In this document: one piece after another, positions 1 through 8,933 of the stretch
How positions within the stretch are numbered: position 1 is the stretch's first letter
Layout: every line of letters starts with the position of its first letter
Source: a virus
Strand: one strand, 5' to 3'
Virus record (IMG/VR): IMGVR_UViG_3300020391_000003
Coordinates: 120,325-184,324 of that record
Length of the DNA: 64,000 nt
Notes under the pieces: model-generated
Database searches by the model: none
Seen by the model: only the letters and a program-made list of their open reading frames with translations
What the model was told of the DNA's origin: nothing
Program-made: the position numbers and the translations under genes

Positions 1-2
1 TA

Positions 3-209
3 TTGGAATGTCCTCCAGGTACTCGTAGCATGTACTGGAATTGGCTCAAAAGATACGGCGCGCATGATTTTGTTAGTTATTTAATTAAGTCCACAGAAAT
101 TGAAAGTGGATATACTATAAAAACAACTAAACCTGCCAATATAGTAATCGACAAGTTTGATAACGATAATTTAAATTATCTTGTTACTCGCTTTGAGTTT
201 CTTCGCTAG
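3..209 (+). CDS. 3' part of a hypothetical protein (probably begins upstream of the window)
   Basis: Frame is open from the window edge; no recognisable motif. Confidence 0.5.
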   Translation: MECPPGTRSMYWNWLKRYGAHDFVSYLIKSTEIESGYTIKTTKPANIVIDKFDNDNLNYLVTRFEFLR

Positions 210-480
210 GCTGCTCTTTGGGTTTAAGAGCTTCTTCAAGAATTTTCTGGAAATCTTCTTCGCTTAAATTTTTAACCGTTTCTTTTGCGCGGCTCAAAGC
301 TTGATTTTGTACGATTTGAACTAATGTATCCATAGGAACCGCAGATAATGCGTCTACGAGAGTTGATCTTGCTAAAAAGTCATTTGCAATGTATTGCGTA
401 ACTTTTTGCGTTTCTTCCTCTGAAGGAGCGTTAGATTCTTGAGTTTCCTCAGCGTTTTTTTCTAGAGTTGCATCTGTCAT
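184..480 (-). CDS. Acidic hypothetical protein
   Basis: 98-aa ORF, Glu/Gln-rich, AT-rich leader. Confidence 0.65.
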   Translation of the reverse strand: MTDATLEKNAEETQESNAPSEEETQKVTQYIANDFLARSTLVDALSAVPMDTLVQIVQNQALSRAKETVKNLSEEDFQKILEEALKPKEQPSEETQSE

Positions 481-518
481 ATATATATGATATAATTATT
501 AAAGATAAATTAAAGTGA

Positions 519-716
519 TTAATGTATATTATATAAACCACCTTTTCGCGGTGTATTTATAATCATATTTTGCATCATGTTTTGAATTACTATTTGTTGT
601 TTTAATTCTTGTATTTGTAGATTTTGTTTTTGAATTACTTTGTGTTGATCCCACGCAAACCACGACAAGAAAAAGATGAGCAACAGCAAACTTATTGTTC
701 CTAAATGATCATTCAC
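519..716 (-). CDS. Small membrane-anchored coiled-coil protein
   Basis: GTG start overlapping the upstream TGA; N-terminal hydrophobic segment LLLLIFFLSWFAW. Confidence 0.6.
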   Translation of the reverse strand: MNDHLGTISLLLLIFFLSWFAWDQHKVIQKQNLQIQELKQQIVIQNMMQNMIINTPRKGGLYNIH

Positions 717-892
717 ATCTTATTGTAGTAACTTTGTTTTATTTTTTCTATAGCCAATTCAAGATCGTAATTGTTTTCCTTTGCGTATCTTTGAAAAGTT
801 TTAAATTCTATACCTTTATGAATATCATTAAATTCACTTTTTTTGATATAAAATTCATAATACCATGCTGAAATTAATTCTGAAGTATTCAT
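713..892 (-). CDS. 59-aa hypothetical protein missing from the ORF track (MNTSELISAW...QSYYNKM)
   Basis: Translated by hand; ATG at 892, TGA at 713-715, 4-nt overlap with the next gene's GTG. Confidence 0.6.
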   Translation of the reverse strand: MNTSELISAWYYEFYIKKSEFNDIHKGIEFKTFQRYAKENNYDLELAIEKIKQSYYNKM

Positions 893-998
893 TTTATTGT
901 ATTTGAATATACAATATACACATTTAATATAAGAATATAATGTGTGCAGAAAGAATCTGCAAACAACTTTAAAGTCTAAAATAGTGTATATAAATTAG

Positions 999-2381
999 AT
1001 GGCAAGTTTACCAAAATTTCAATTCACTATGGGGTTGCATGCTCAGGTTGGGGTTAGCCCCAATATATATGTAAACATTTGGACCATAACTAATGTAGAA
1101 ATGATCGATGCCGGAAGCGGAATTCAAAACAGCGCTTTTGTTCAGCTTGAAAACTTGAGCACTGTGTATCACGCTCCCGGTACGGGTGGTAGCGCTCAAG
1201 TAGGATATCCTAATAATTTTAATTTCAGAAGACCAATCATTGGACAAACAAGTTTAAGTCATTTAACTGGCACCGGAAGAAACGGAGGCGTTTTTTCTAA
1301 TTCATTAAAAGATGCCACATTCAATATAACTGTAGATCCATCTACTCAGGCGGTAAGTGGAATATCTCTTCAGAATGGAGGATTTTATTATGGAATTGGG
1401 CAGTCAAATCAAAGTATTACCACTGACTGGCGCTCTTGGGTCGGAAGGAGCGCTGGAAACTTAAACACAACATTGAGTGCAGATGGAGGATACTTTCTGG
1501 GGCTGCCCGCAGAGCTTAAGATTAATGATGTTGAAACAAGACAAGCTAGCAGCAAACAATCAAGGCCAAATAACCCTGTCTATGAAAATGTTAGCGATAT
1601 TTTTACATATAGTTTTCTAGGCAAAGACGCAACAGGTAAAATCAGAAGAGGTGTTGAGCCTTATTATGCGCCTAAAAACCCAACTCAACTTGGTGGATAT
1701 ACTTTTACAGCAGACTATAATTTACATACCGCAACTGTTTTTGCTGATGCGGGTAGTACCACTACCGAAGGAGTAATTCAGGCTAGATTTAACAGTCCCA
1801 ACGCAACAGTATACGGAATTACAGCTCCAATTTTAGGTTTAAATTCTAGCTCAAAAAATTCTATGTTTGCTCAACCCTCTGATCCAACCCCGGATCCAGA
1901 TAAAGGTTTGAAAATCTATGAATTGCCCGAAACAAATGCTGAAGAATTTGACAAAACAAATAGATTTGTAATAGTTCAACAGCCTAGCGGTGAATTATTT
2001 AAAATGAGTGCGTTTCCTTTTTCTTCTGCTCAAGGGGTAGATGGAATAGAATTTTTTGACGAAGAAATTGTGGTTGAGAACATGAGAATTAATACCTCAC
2101 AAGTAAAAGAAATAGATATCCCGGCACATGATTTAAGGGGATTTGTGCCAGATTCAGCAAATTTTGTTATTATAACAATAGAATTTGGCACCGCATTATA
2201 TCCGTTTCTATCGTGTACGCTTGGAAACTGCTTTACATATATGGTTTCAAGGGGTGATGGGGACAATGCTCCAAGATCAAATCAAGTTTTTGTTCCGATT
2301 GTTAATGGAAGATTATTGATAACAAATGTTGAGGTTAGGGCAAGTGGATTTTTAATAATTAAACTTCATGGCTACGGATAA
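999..2381 (+). CDS. Putative virion/tail-associated protein
   Basis: Gly/Ser/Thr/Asn-rich; C-terminal domain shared with the two downstream ORFs; GTGTA motif at 984-988. Confidence 0.55.
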   Translation: MASLPKFQFTMGLHAQVGVSPNIYVNIWTITNVEMIDAGSGIQNSAFVQLENLSTVYHAPGTGGSAQVGYPNNFNFRRPIIGQTSLSHLTGTGRNGGVFSNSLKDATFNITVDPSTQAVSGISLQNGGFYYGIGQSNQSITTDWRSWVGRSAGNLNTTLSADGGYFLGLPAELKINDVETRQASSKQSRPNNPVYENVSDIFTYSFLGKDATGKIRRGVEPYYAPKNPTQLGGYTFTADYNLHTATVFADAGSTTTEGVIQARFNSPNATVYGITAPILGLNSSSKNSMFAQPSDPTPDPDKGLKIYELPETNAEEFDKTNRFVIVQQPSGELFKMSAFPFSSAQGVDGIEFFDEEIVVENMRINTSQVKEIDIPAHDLRGFVPDSANFVIITIEFGTALYPFLSCTLGNCFTYMVSRGDGDNAPRSNQVFVPIVNGRLLITNVEVRASGFLIIKLHGYG

Positions 2382-2949
2382 AGAAATTAAAGACTTTCCG
2401 ATTATCATCGGTTCGGAATTTGACACATCAAAAGATTTATTTTTGTTGCCAGGAGATGGATCTGTTCATCCGACAAGCACTGTTGTTGCTGACGCAGTAT
2501 TAGACAATTTAAAAAAACAGCAAGGTTTAGTTAACCATAAGCAAATTAAAAGTCTAAATTTATTTTCCGAGTGGGACGGATTTAAGCTGAGCGCTGCATC
2601 TACAAATATAGTAGATGAATGGGCGGGTCTTAGGCAGGAATCGAGTATTAGAACCTATGATTTAAGTAACCTTGGTATTCCTGATAATACTAAAGCGGTT
2701 TACGTAAAAATATTCATTCATGGAAGTTATCCCGCATTGCATATGACTTACTATAAAAGCTCCACCGCTACCTCTGGTCATACTATGAATAATCTGCAAA
2801 AAGGGAAATCTAGGGGAGCAGCAGAAGCGTGGCAACTGTGGATGCCGGTGAATGAAAAAAAAATATTCATAAAATGGAGATATACTAGAGCCACCGGAGT
2901 GGATGGGGCTCAATCTATCGTACAATTAATGGTATCATCATATATATAA
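2368..2949 (+). CDS. Putative tail fibre/tip-associated protein, paralog of neighbours
   Basis: IKDFPIIIGSEFDTSKDLFLL and YDLSNLGIPDNTKAVYV segments resemble those of flanking ORFs. Confidence 0.5.
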   Translation: MATDKEIKDFPIIIGSEFDTSKDLFLLPGDGSVHPTSTVVADAVLDNLKKQQGLVNHKQIKSLNLFSEWDGFKLSAASTNIVDEWAGLRQESSIRTYDLSNLGIPDNTKAVYVKIFIHGSYPALHMTYYKSSTATSGHTMNNLQKGKSRGAAEAWQLWMPVNEKKIFIKWRYTRATGVDGAQSIVQLMVSSYI

Positions 2950-3554
2950 TGAACAAAAATATAGAAACCTTACCAATTTTAAATACAGACGACTTTGATT
3001 CTAGTCAAGATTTGCTTTTATTACAAAAGACTCAAGTCGGAGGGGTGGGTGAGCCTTCGATTTTTAGTTTAACAGGAGATTTAGCTAGTAACCAAGTAGC
3101 TATTCGTAATGCAAGCATAAGATTTTTACCGCAAGAGATGCATATTGATAAATTTTTTTATTCTGAAGGAGATCGCAATAAACAAGAATACGCTCAAAAT
3201 GTATTTAGATCTCAAAACTTAACATCTTACGGAGTTCCTTCAAGTGCAAACCATGTCTTACTTAGCGTAGTTGATTCGACTCGAGCGGGGGGAAATGCAG
3301 GAAGAACATTTCATATAAGATTTTTTTATGGAAAATATCCAGAAGCGCTTAATGTCAACAATTATCTATTCCAGGATTTTGTTAGACATTATACAAGCAA
3401 ACAATCTCAGGACGAGGGATATCCAATTATGCACACAGATCAGTTTTGGCTTCCTGTTTTCGAAAATACCGGAGACGATTCCAAAAAATTAATCTATCAT
3501 AAAGCTAATTTAGTAAATGTAGACTTAGATTTTTATATTATAGCTTATTCATAA
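2949..3554 (+). CDS. Putative tail fibre/tip-associated protein, paralog of neighbours
   Basis: IETLPILNTDDFDSSQDLLLL and QNLTSYGVPSSANHVLL segments; TAATG coupling to upstream gene. Confidence 0.5.
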   Translation: MNKNIETLPILNTDDFDSSQDLLLLQKTQVGGVGEPSIFSLTGDLASNQVAIRNASIRFLPQEMHIDKFFYSEGDRNKQEYAQNVFRSQNLTSYGVPSSANHVLLSVVDSTRAGGNAGRTFHIRFFYGKYPEALNVNNYLFQDFVRHYTSKQSQDEGYPIMHTDQFWLPVFENTGDDSKKLIYHKANLVNVDLDFYIIAYS

Positions 3555-3712
3555 TGCCATTACCAAAACCAAATAAAAACGAAAAAAACAGCAAGTTTAT
3601 GACGCGCTGTATTTCTCAATTAGAATCCAAAAAAGAATTCAAAGATAACAAGCAAAGAATTGCTGTTTGTTACAGCCAATTGGCTAGAAACAAAAGCAAA
3701 AAAAAGTCTTGA
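3554..3712 (+). CDS. 52-aa basic two-Cys protein missing from the ORF track (MPLPKPNKNE...FMTRC...QRIAVCYSQ)
   Basis: Translated by hand; TAATG overlap with the upstream stop; same motif recurs in ORF 18941..19453. Confidence 0.75.
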   Translation: MPLPKPNKNEKNSKFMTRCISQLESKKEFKDNKQRIAVCYSQLARNKSKKKS

Positions 3713-3737
3713 CATTTTAGCACAAATTTGAGATAAT
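3709..3737 (+). promoter_or_regulatory. sigma70-like promoter with extended -10
   Basis: TTGACA (3709-3714), 17 nt, GATAAT (3732-3737) preceded by TGn; ATG at 3744. Confidence 0.75.
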
Positions 3738-3743
3738 TCCAGT

Positions 3744-5153
3744 ATGAAATATTGGATATTATTTTTAATTAGTTTTACTTTATGTGCGAATACCTATGAT
3801 GAAGTTTTTATCAGTGGAAATTCAGATAATCGATTGGACATTGTTTTTGCTCAGCCAGAAAATGAAAATCCAAATTTAATACCAGATGTATCGAAAATGT
3901 GGAATGATGCCTGCGACTACTATCCATTTTACAAAAGATACAAAAACTTTTTCAATGTTCATGTAATCAGTAGAAATGATTTTTTAATGCACGATGAATT
4001 ATGGAATAGCGGCTATTACCAAAGAAATAATTTTAAATTAATTGATGCTAATTTTTCAAAACGCGATCTGGGTTTTATGATGAGATTTCCTTTATCTAAT
4101 AATGGGTGGGCTGCAGACTCATACTTGGAAGAAGGGCGGCTTGGGGCAATGATGGGCACAAATTTCAAAATTTTCGCCCACGAAATGGGGCATATGTTGG
4201 GAGACTTATATGACACCTATTTAAATTACATAGATAGTCATACTCATTATCCTCAAAACATAATTGTGCCAGAAAATCACCCTATTTTTCTTGCAAAATG
4301 GTTTTATCCCAAGCTTAAGCCAGGGTTTGATAAATGGAGTAGATGGCAAGATTATGAAGATCCAATTACAGGCATCAAAATAGATGGCCCTTTTATGGAG
4401 CATACAGAGCCTCATTCTAGTGAAGACATTTTTAATTATTGGAGAACAACAAGTGATACCACATTAATGAGATCATGGAATGCAGAGGGAGCCTTTTTGT
4501 GCCCAGTAGAGCGAGAGCATATGGTTTTGTCTCTTCATAAATACATCGACCCACTAGATTCATATTCAGACAATAATTTATCGATCAATGATTTTGATGT
4601 TTTAGAAGCAAATGTGGTGGATAAAGATGTGATTGATGTTTTGTGGAGCGTAAATGGAGAGCCCATTTCAAATCAGCATTTTCTTGCGATCAAAGATTTA
4701 AATTTAACTCAAGATACCAACATCACACTCACTGCATGGGACAACACACTCAATCACGATTACGAAACTGACAATCGTGGCGGCTGGGTACGAACAGAAG
4801 ATTTTTTAACAACTTATTCTACTGGCCCTGAGGGTGTAATTTCAGAAAGAGACGAAAGCAATAAGCTCACACAAATTATTGATTATAATTATGCCAAAAA
4901 CTCTGAAATTAAAAAATGGCATGATTTGATTCCAAATGTTGTTGGTAATTGGAAGCAATCAAACTGGTTTGGGGTGTTTGGCGTTTTTCAAAATGATTGG
5001 ATTTATCACGAAAAATTAGCTTGGATTTATGTTCATCAGGCAGAGAGAGGCTTATGGTTGTATCTTGAGGGTGCAGGATGGCATTGGACAAATACAACCT
5101 CTTATCCTTACCTTTACTCGCAAACCAAAAGCGAGTGGATTTGGGTGTATTAA
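3744..5153 (+). CDS. Secreted zinc metallopeptidase (M64-like) with Trp-rich C-terminal domain
   Basis: Signal-peptide-like N-terminus; AHEMGHMLGDLYDTY zincin motif; RYKNFFNV segment; C-terminal WFGVF..WIYH..W..YPYLY..W. Confidence 0.7.
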   Translation: MKYWILFLISFTLCANTYDEVFISGNSDNRLDIVFAQPENENPNLIPDVSKMWNDACDYYPFYKRYKNFFNVHVISRNDFLMHDELWNSGYYQRNNFKLIDANFSKRDLGFMMRFPLSNNGWAADSYLEEGRLGAMMGTNFKIFAHEMGHMLGDLYDTYLNYIDSHTHYPQNIIVPENHPIFLAKWFYPKLKPGFDKWSRWQDYEDPITGIKIDGPFMEHTEPHSSEDIFNYWRTTSDTTLMRSWNAEGAFLCPVEREHMVLSLHKYIDPLDSYSDNNLSINDFDVLEANVVDKDVIDVLWSVNGEPISNQHFLAIKDLNLTQDTNITLTAWDNTLNHDYETDNRGGWVRTEDFLTTYSTGPEGVISERDESNKLTQIIDYNYAKNSEIKKWHDLIPNVVGNWKQSNWFGVFGVFQNDWIYHEKLAWIYVHQAERGLWLYLEGAGWHWTNTTSYPYLYSQTKSEWIWVY

Positions 5154-5192
5154 TCCCTCTTTTTTCCTTTAATTCTTTTGATTTCGTCGGGC
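5140..5192. repeat. 53-bp direct repeat, left copy
   Basis: TTTGGGTGTATTAATCCCTCTTTTTTCCTTTAATTCTTTTGATTTCGTCGGGC, identical to 6776-6828. Confidence 0.95.
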
Positions 5193-5214
5193 CCTATATC
5201 ATTTAAAAATATAT

Positions 5215-6216
5215 TTATAAAAAATAACCAACAGATGGTTCTGGTTTAACATAAAAATATCCGTATTTTTTCATAAAAATATCCAATTTTATTTTCAAAT
5301 CGTGTTTATTAATTTCAGAATCTTTTAAACCATATTGTTTAAATACTTTTACATATGTAGATGATATTTTTGGTTTATGTATAACAGCATGATAAATCAA
5401 ACTATATAAATGCATTTCATTGTTTGGAATATAAAAACCATTCGGATGTTTTATCCTTGTATCTAAGATATCTTTTTGGAGTTTTTTATCATAATAATTA
5501 TCACCTATCGATCTAAAATCAAATAAAACTTTTTTATTATTTATAATAACATAATTGAGTATTCTGTGTTTCCCATCTTCATATCTATCATTTATTGCAG
5601 AAGTACCATCTAGAATATTTTTTACTAAATAATAATCACTAACCAATAAATCTACGTCTAAATGATCATCTATAATAATATTATTAGGCATACCTTCAAA
5701 ATTACGCATAACAACCCATTTAAGTTTAGGATGTTTGTTTAATTCCTGAAAAACTTCTTCTAATGATGAAAACTCTTTATGTTTATAAAATGTTTTATAA
5801 AGACCTAATGACTTTAAATTATCTTTTGTTTCTTGTATGTTATCTGTTGCATGTATCTTACATCCTCCAGTAATTTTACGTAATGATATTTTTAAATCAA
5901 ATAAATTAATATTTACTTTACGATTGCCTTTTGATGTTTTTCTATAATCATAAATAGGATTACTATCTTTAATTATATATATATTGAACATAGTGCTTCC
6001 ACGAAAGTCATCTACAGAAACGTTATAAAATTTTGAAATGATTTCTTTTTTTTGTTTTAATTTTTTATGTGTTATTTTTTTTATAATATGAAGTGAATCC
6101 GTTAATTTATTTTCTAATTCATTAAAATGACACGTCCAATCAATTAATATATGTAATTCCGATATATTATCCATTAATTTTAACCTTTTTAAATTTGTTT
6201 TATCACTTGATGCCAT
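5215..6216 (-). CDS. Hypothetical protein with a C-terminal nucleotidyltransferase-like domain
   Basis: WVVMRNFEGMP...HLDVDLLVSD (DxD) motif; markedly AT-rich codons; function inferred. Confidence 0.45.
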   Translation of the reverse strand: MASSDKTNLKRLKLMDNISELHILIDWTCHFNELENKLTDSLHIIKKITHKKLKQKKEIISKFYNVSVDDFRGSTMFNIYIIKDSNPIYDYRKTSKGNRKVNINLFDLKISLRKITGGCKIHATDNIQETKDNLKSLGLYKTFYKHKEFSSLEEVFQELNKHPKLKWVVMRNFEGMPNNIIIDDHLDVDLLVSDYYLVKNILDGTSAINDRYEDGKHRILNYVIINNKKVLFDFRSIGDNYYDKKLQKDILDTRIKHPNGFYIPNNEMHLYSLIYHAVIHKPKISSTYVKVFKQYGLKDSEINKHDLKIKLDIFMKKYGYFYVKPEPSVGYFL

Positions 6217-6244
6217 TTATATAATAATATAAATAATATTTTAA

Positions 6245-6751
6245 TTAAATTAAATGTAATCTTTCTAATGCGTTTTTATCTTGATTATACCCTCCTGGTT
6301 TATCTTTATTTTTACAATTCCACAGATCAATACCACAATCTAATTGTTTATTTATGGAGCCCCAACCAAAATCACATAAATATATTTTATCATTAATATC
6401 AATTAAAATCTCTCCAATTTTAATATCATTATGTTGAACATTAACACTTTTCATATCACTAAGTATTTTGTTAAATTGTTCTTTTAAATTCTTAGGTTTA
6501 TTTTTTCTAGTTACTGGAACACCTACATTACTATATACTAAAAACTTATTGATATCATCTGAATAAAGTAGTTTTGGGAACCAGTCAAAATCCTTTAAAA
6601 TTGATGCTAGGTATTTTTCTCTTTCATAAATATTATACTCTTTGTATTTTATCACATATTTAATAAATAAAAAAGGGCTTGTGAATGATGCACTGGTGGC
6701 TCCTTCATCTATGATGTTAATATCATTTTTAAGATTTATATTAGATTTCAT
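6245..6751 (-). CDS. Minimal protein-kinase-like (RIO/Kdo/APH-type) phosphotransferase
   Basis: Catalytic loop QHNDIKIGEILI and metal-binding DFG (LCDFGW); EREKY helix-C Glu; FPKLL segment. Confidence 0.65.
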   Translation of the reverse strand: MKSNINLKNDINIIDEGATSASFTSPFLFIKYVIKYKEYNIYEREKYLASILKDFDWFPKLLYSDDINKFLVYSNVGVPVTRKNKPKNLKEQFNKILSDMKSVNVQHNDIKIGEILIDINDKIYLCDFGWGSINKQLDCGIDLWNCKNKDKPGGYNQDKNALERLHLI

Positions 6752-6775
6752 TATAAAGTACTAATATAAATTATG

Positions 6776-6828
6776 TTTGGGTGTATTAATCCCTCTTTTT
6801 TCCTTTAATTCTTTTGATTTCGTCGGGC
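6776..6828. repeat. 53-bp direct repeat, right copy
   Basis: Identical to 5140-5192; contains the 3' end of ORF 6786..6980. Confidence 0.95.
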
Positions 6829-6980
6829 AATATTTTTACAACCTTATCGGTTTTATTTTCCATCATAAGTTCTGCTGGAGTAGAGCCGTTTAGTCTGGCG
6901 TTTTCTGTTTTAAGCCAAGACGTCGATTGATAAGAATTTAAATTTTTGCTAAGAGTTTCAAGTATAGACTTTTGCGACAT
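6786..6980 (-). CDS. Xre/MbcA/ParS-type antitoxin toxin-binding domain protein (DUF2384-like)
   Basis: WLKTENARLNGSTPAELM matches the WL..PN..L.G..P..L family signature; GTGTA 9 nt upstream. Confidence 0.7.
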   Translation of the reverse strand: MSQKSILETLSKNLNSYQSTSWLKTENARLNGSTPAELMMENKTDKVVKILPDEIKRIKGKKRD

Positions 6981-7031
6981 ATTATATATTACACATAAAT
7001 ATATATATTTAAAATAAGTGTATACATATAC

Positions 7032-8291
7032 ATGAGCAAAAAAACGTTTCTACCCGAGATAACAGAAAATAAGAAGCTTGCGGTTTTAAGCCAGGTGATA
7101 GATTGGGGCTTAGATCAAGCGAATGTGCCTGAAACATGGAAAACAACACAGGGAGAAGGAATTACTATTCTGGTGATTGACACAGGATTTCCTACTCACG
7201 ATGATATAGGTGATAATGCAATTAAAGGAAAAAATTGTATTCCCACAGAGCCTTTAGAAGATGAAAATGGTCACCAAAGTCACTGCGTGGGAATAATTTG
7301 TGCTAAAAACAATAACCAGGGAATGGTAGGTGTTGCGCCGAAAGCTAAAGCTCTTTGCGTAAAAGCTCTATCAAAATTTGGATCTGGAACCTATGCGCAG
7401 TTAGCAGAAGCCTTGCAATATGCAATCGAAACAAAACCAGATATAGTTTCTATGAGTCTTGGAGGCAACTCTTACGATGCAGATATGCATGAAAAGATAA
7501 AGCAATTATATAAAATGAATATTCCAGTAATTTGTGCTGCAGGAAATACCGGAAGAGGAGGAGTAAACTGGCCTGCTGCATATCCCCAAACAATTGCGGT
7601 AGCAGCTCATGATAAACATGGTAAAATAGCTCGGTTTTCTTCTAGAGGAGAAAGAGTAGAATGGGCTGCACCAGGAGTAGATATTTACAGCACATATTTG
7701 AATAATGGTTATAGAAGTTTAAACGGCACTTCTATGGCTTGCCCCTTTATTGCTGGTGTCGTCGCTTTAATGCTTGCCAAACACAAAAAACAAGAATCAG
7801 AAACTGGAAAAAATAACTGCAAAACCGTTGCTCAAATGAGGGAGCATTTATTAAAATATACCTTAGACAAAGGAATGCAGGGTAAAGATTCTTCTTGGGG
7901 TTATGGGGTGATTGATGTTGAGGGGCTTATTAGTGGAAAAAAACCAAAACCCAAGCCAGAGCCCAAGCCAGAGCCCAAGCCAGAGCCCAAGCCAGAGCCC
8001 AAGCCAGAGCCCAAGCCAGAGCCCAAGCCAGAGCCCAAGCCAGAGCCAGATATACCGCATCCATATCCAGAACCAGATATACCGCATCCATATCCAGAGC
8101 GAGAACCAGATTCTGAAGATGCAATCCATGCAGAACTCTGGCGAAAAATATTAATGGGTGTTGGGTTGCTAATTGCAGCTGGTCTAAGTATGTTTGGTGT
8201 AAGTCAATGCAATAAAGAAGAGCCCGTTGATTGGGACAAAAGATTTGAAGAAGAAATGGAAAGGAAAAATAAAAATGGGACCAATCCTTAA
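7032..8291 (+). CDS. Subtilisin-like S8 serine protease with Pro-rich linker and C-terminal membrane anchor
   Basis: Catalytic triad motifs VIDTG, NGHQSHCVG, GTSMACP; oxyanion AAGN; hydrophobic ILMGVGLLIAAGLSMFGV. Confidence 0.9.
   Translation: MSKKTFLPEITENKKLAVLSQVIDWGLDQANVPETWKTTQGEGITILVIDTGFPTHDDIGDNAIKGKNCIPTEPLEDENGHQSHCVGIICAKNNNQGMVGVAPKAKALCVKALSKFGSGTYAQLAEALQYAIETKPDIVSMSLGGNSYDADMHEKIKQLYKMNIPVICAAGNTGRGGVNWPAAYPQTIAVAAHDKHGKIARFSSRGERVEWAAPGVDIYSTYLNNGYRSLNGTSMACPFIAGVVALMLAKHKKQESETGKNNCKTVAQMREHLLKYTLDKGMQGKDSSWGYGVIDVEGLISGKKPKPKPEPKPEPKPEPKPEPKPEPKPEPKPEPKPEPDIPHPYPEPDIPHPYPEREPDSEDAIHAELWRKILMGVGLLIAAGLSMFGVSQCNKEEPVDWDKRFEEEMERKNKNGTNP
7950..8099 (+). repeat. Coding tandem repeats: 8 x 12 bp (CCCAAGCCAGAG, PKPE) then 2 x 27 bp (PDIPHPYPE)
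   Basis: Counted directly: 7950-8045 and 8046-8099. Confidence 0.95.
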
Positions 8292-8709
8292 TACTATAAT
8301 AGGCGCAGGGATAAAACTCGGGTGTAATTTACTAAACGCATGGTTGGAACAAAAAAGGCAAGATCAGCTCGCTTTGGCAGCAAGAGATGAAAAAATGTTG
8401 GACGCCTTAATTAAAAGTCAATCAGAAAACGCAAAAGATCCCTTTGTACAGGTCACAAGACGAGTGCTCTTCATGAGCATAACTTTTACGATGTGTTTTT
8501 TAATGATATATTATGCAATGAACCCTGATATAACATACAATCTTATTGTTCCAAAAGGAGATTCTGCTAAATGGGGATTTTTTAGTTGGATATTTGGTGG
8601 AAATGAATGGGAGATGGTTCAAATGACAGGAGGATTAATGTTAGCATCTTTTATGGATTTATGTTTTATGGTTGTAGGTTTTTATGCAATACCTAGCAAA
8701 AGAAGATGA
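8275..8709 (+). CDS. Membrane protein, holin-like
   Basis: Probable start MGPILNTIIG at 8275; two hydrophobic segments; basic C-terminus PSKRR. Confidence 0.45.
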   Translation: MGPILNTIIGAGIKLGCNLLNAWLEQKRQDQLALAARDEKMLDALIKSQSENAKDPFVQVTRRVLFMSITFTMCFLMIYYAMNPDITYNLIVPKGDSAKWGFFSWIFGGNEWEMVQMTGGLMLASFMDLCFMVVGFYAIPSKRR

Positions 8710-8933
8710 GATTTTTATTGATTTTATTATTATTTTTTAATGGATGTGGTGGAAAGTTTTTACAGAAATCAGAAGATTTAAAAGAAATAAATTCTACAAT
8801 TGAACCCGAGAATGTACTATCTATTGTAAAGCAAGTTAATGATTATGATCATACTTCGCCTTGGATTTGGTTTGGCATAATTATTGGTTTTGTTTGTTTA
8901 TTCTGTTTTGCTCCACTACTATTAAAAAAATGA
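8706..8933 (+). CDS. Small lipoprotein-like membrane protein
   Basis: Lipobox-like LLLFFNGC and a C-terminal hydrophobic helix; ATGA overlap. Confidence 0.5.
   Translation: MRFLLILLLFFNGCGGKFLQKSEDLKEINSTIEPENVLSIVKQVNDYDHTSPWIWFGIIIGFVCLFCFAPLLLKK

Noticed and set aside
942-961. Short inverted repeat TGCAGA-AAGAA-TCTGCA
   Set aside because: Only a 6-bp stem with no T tract; could arise by chance
5140-6828. IS element, transposon or integrase-driven island
   Set aside because: No transposase or recombinase ORF and no terminal inverted repeats; 53 bp is far longer than a typical target-site duplication
6245-6980. Complete toxin-antitoxin pair (kinase toxin plus adjacent antitoxin)
   Set aside because: MbcA/Xre-type domains pair with RES toxins, and the kinase lies inside the separately inserted cassette. 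A HipA-like relationship is unsupported but not formally excluded
7863-8154. Three alternative-frame ORFs (WLGL, SPSQ, ALAW repeats)
   Set aside because: Shadows of the stop-free 12-bp repeat inside the S8 protease gene
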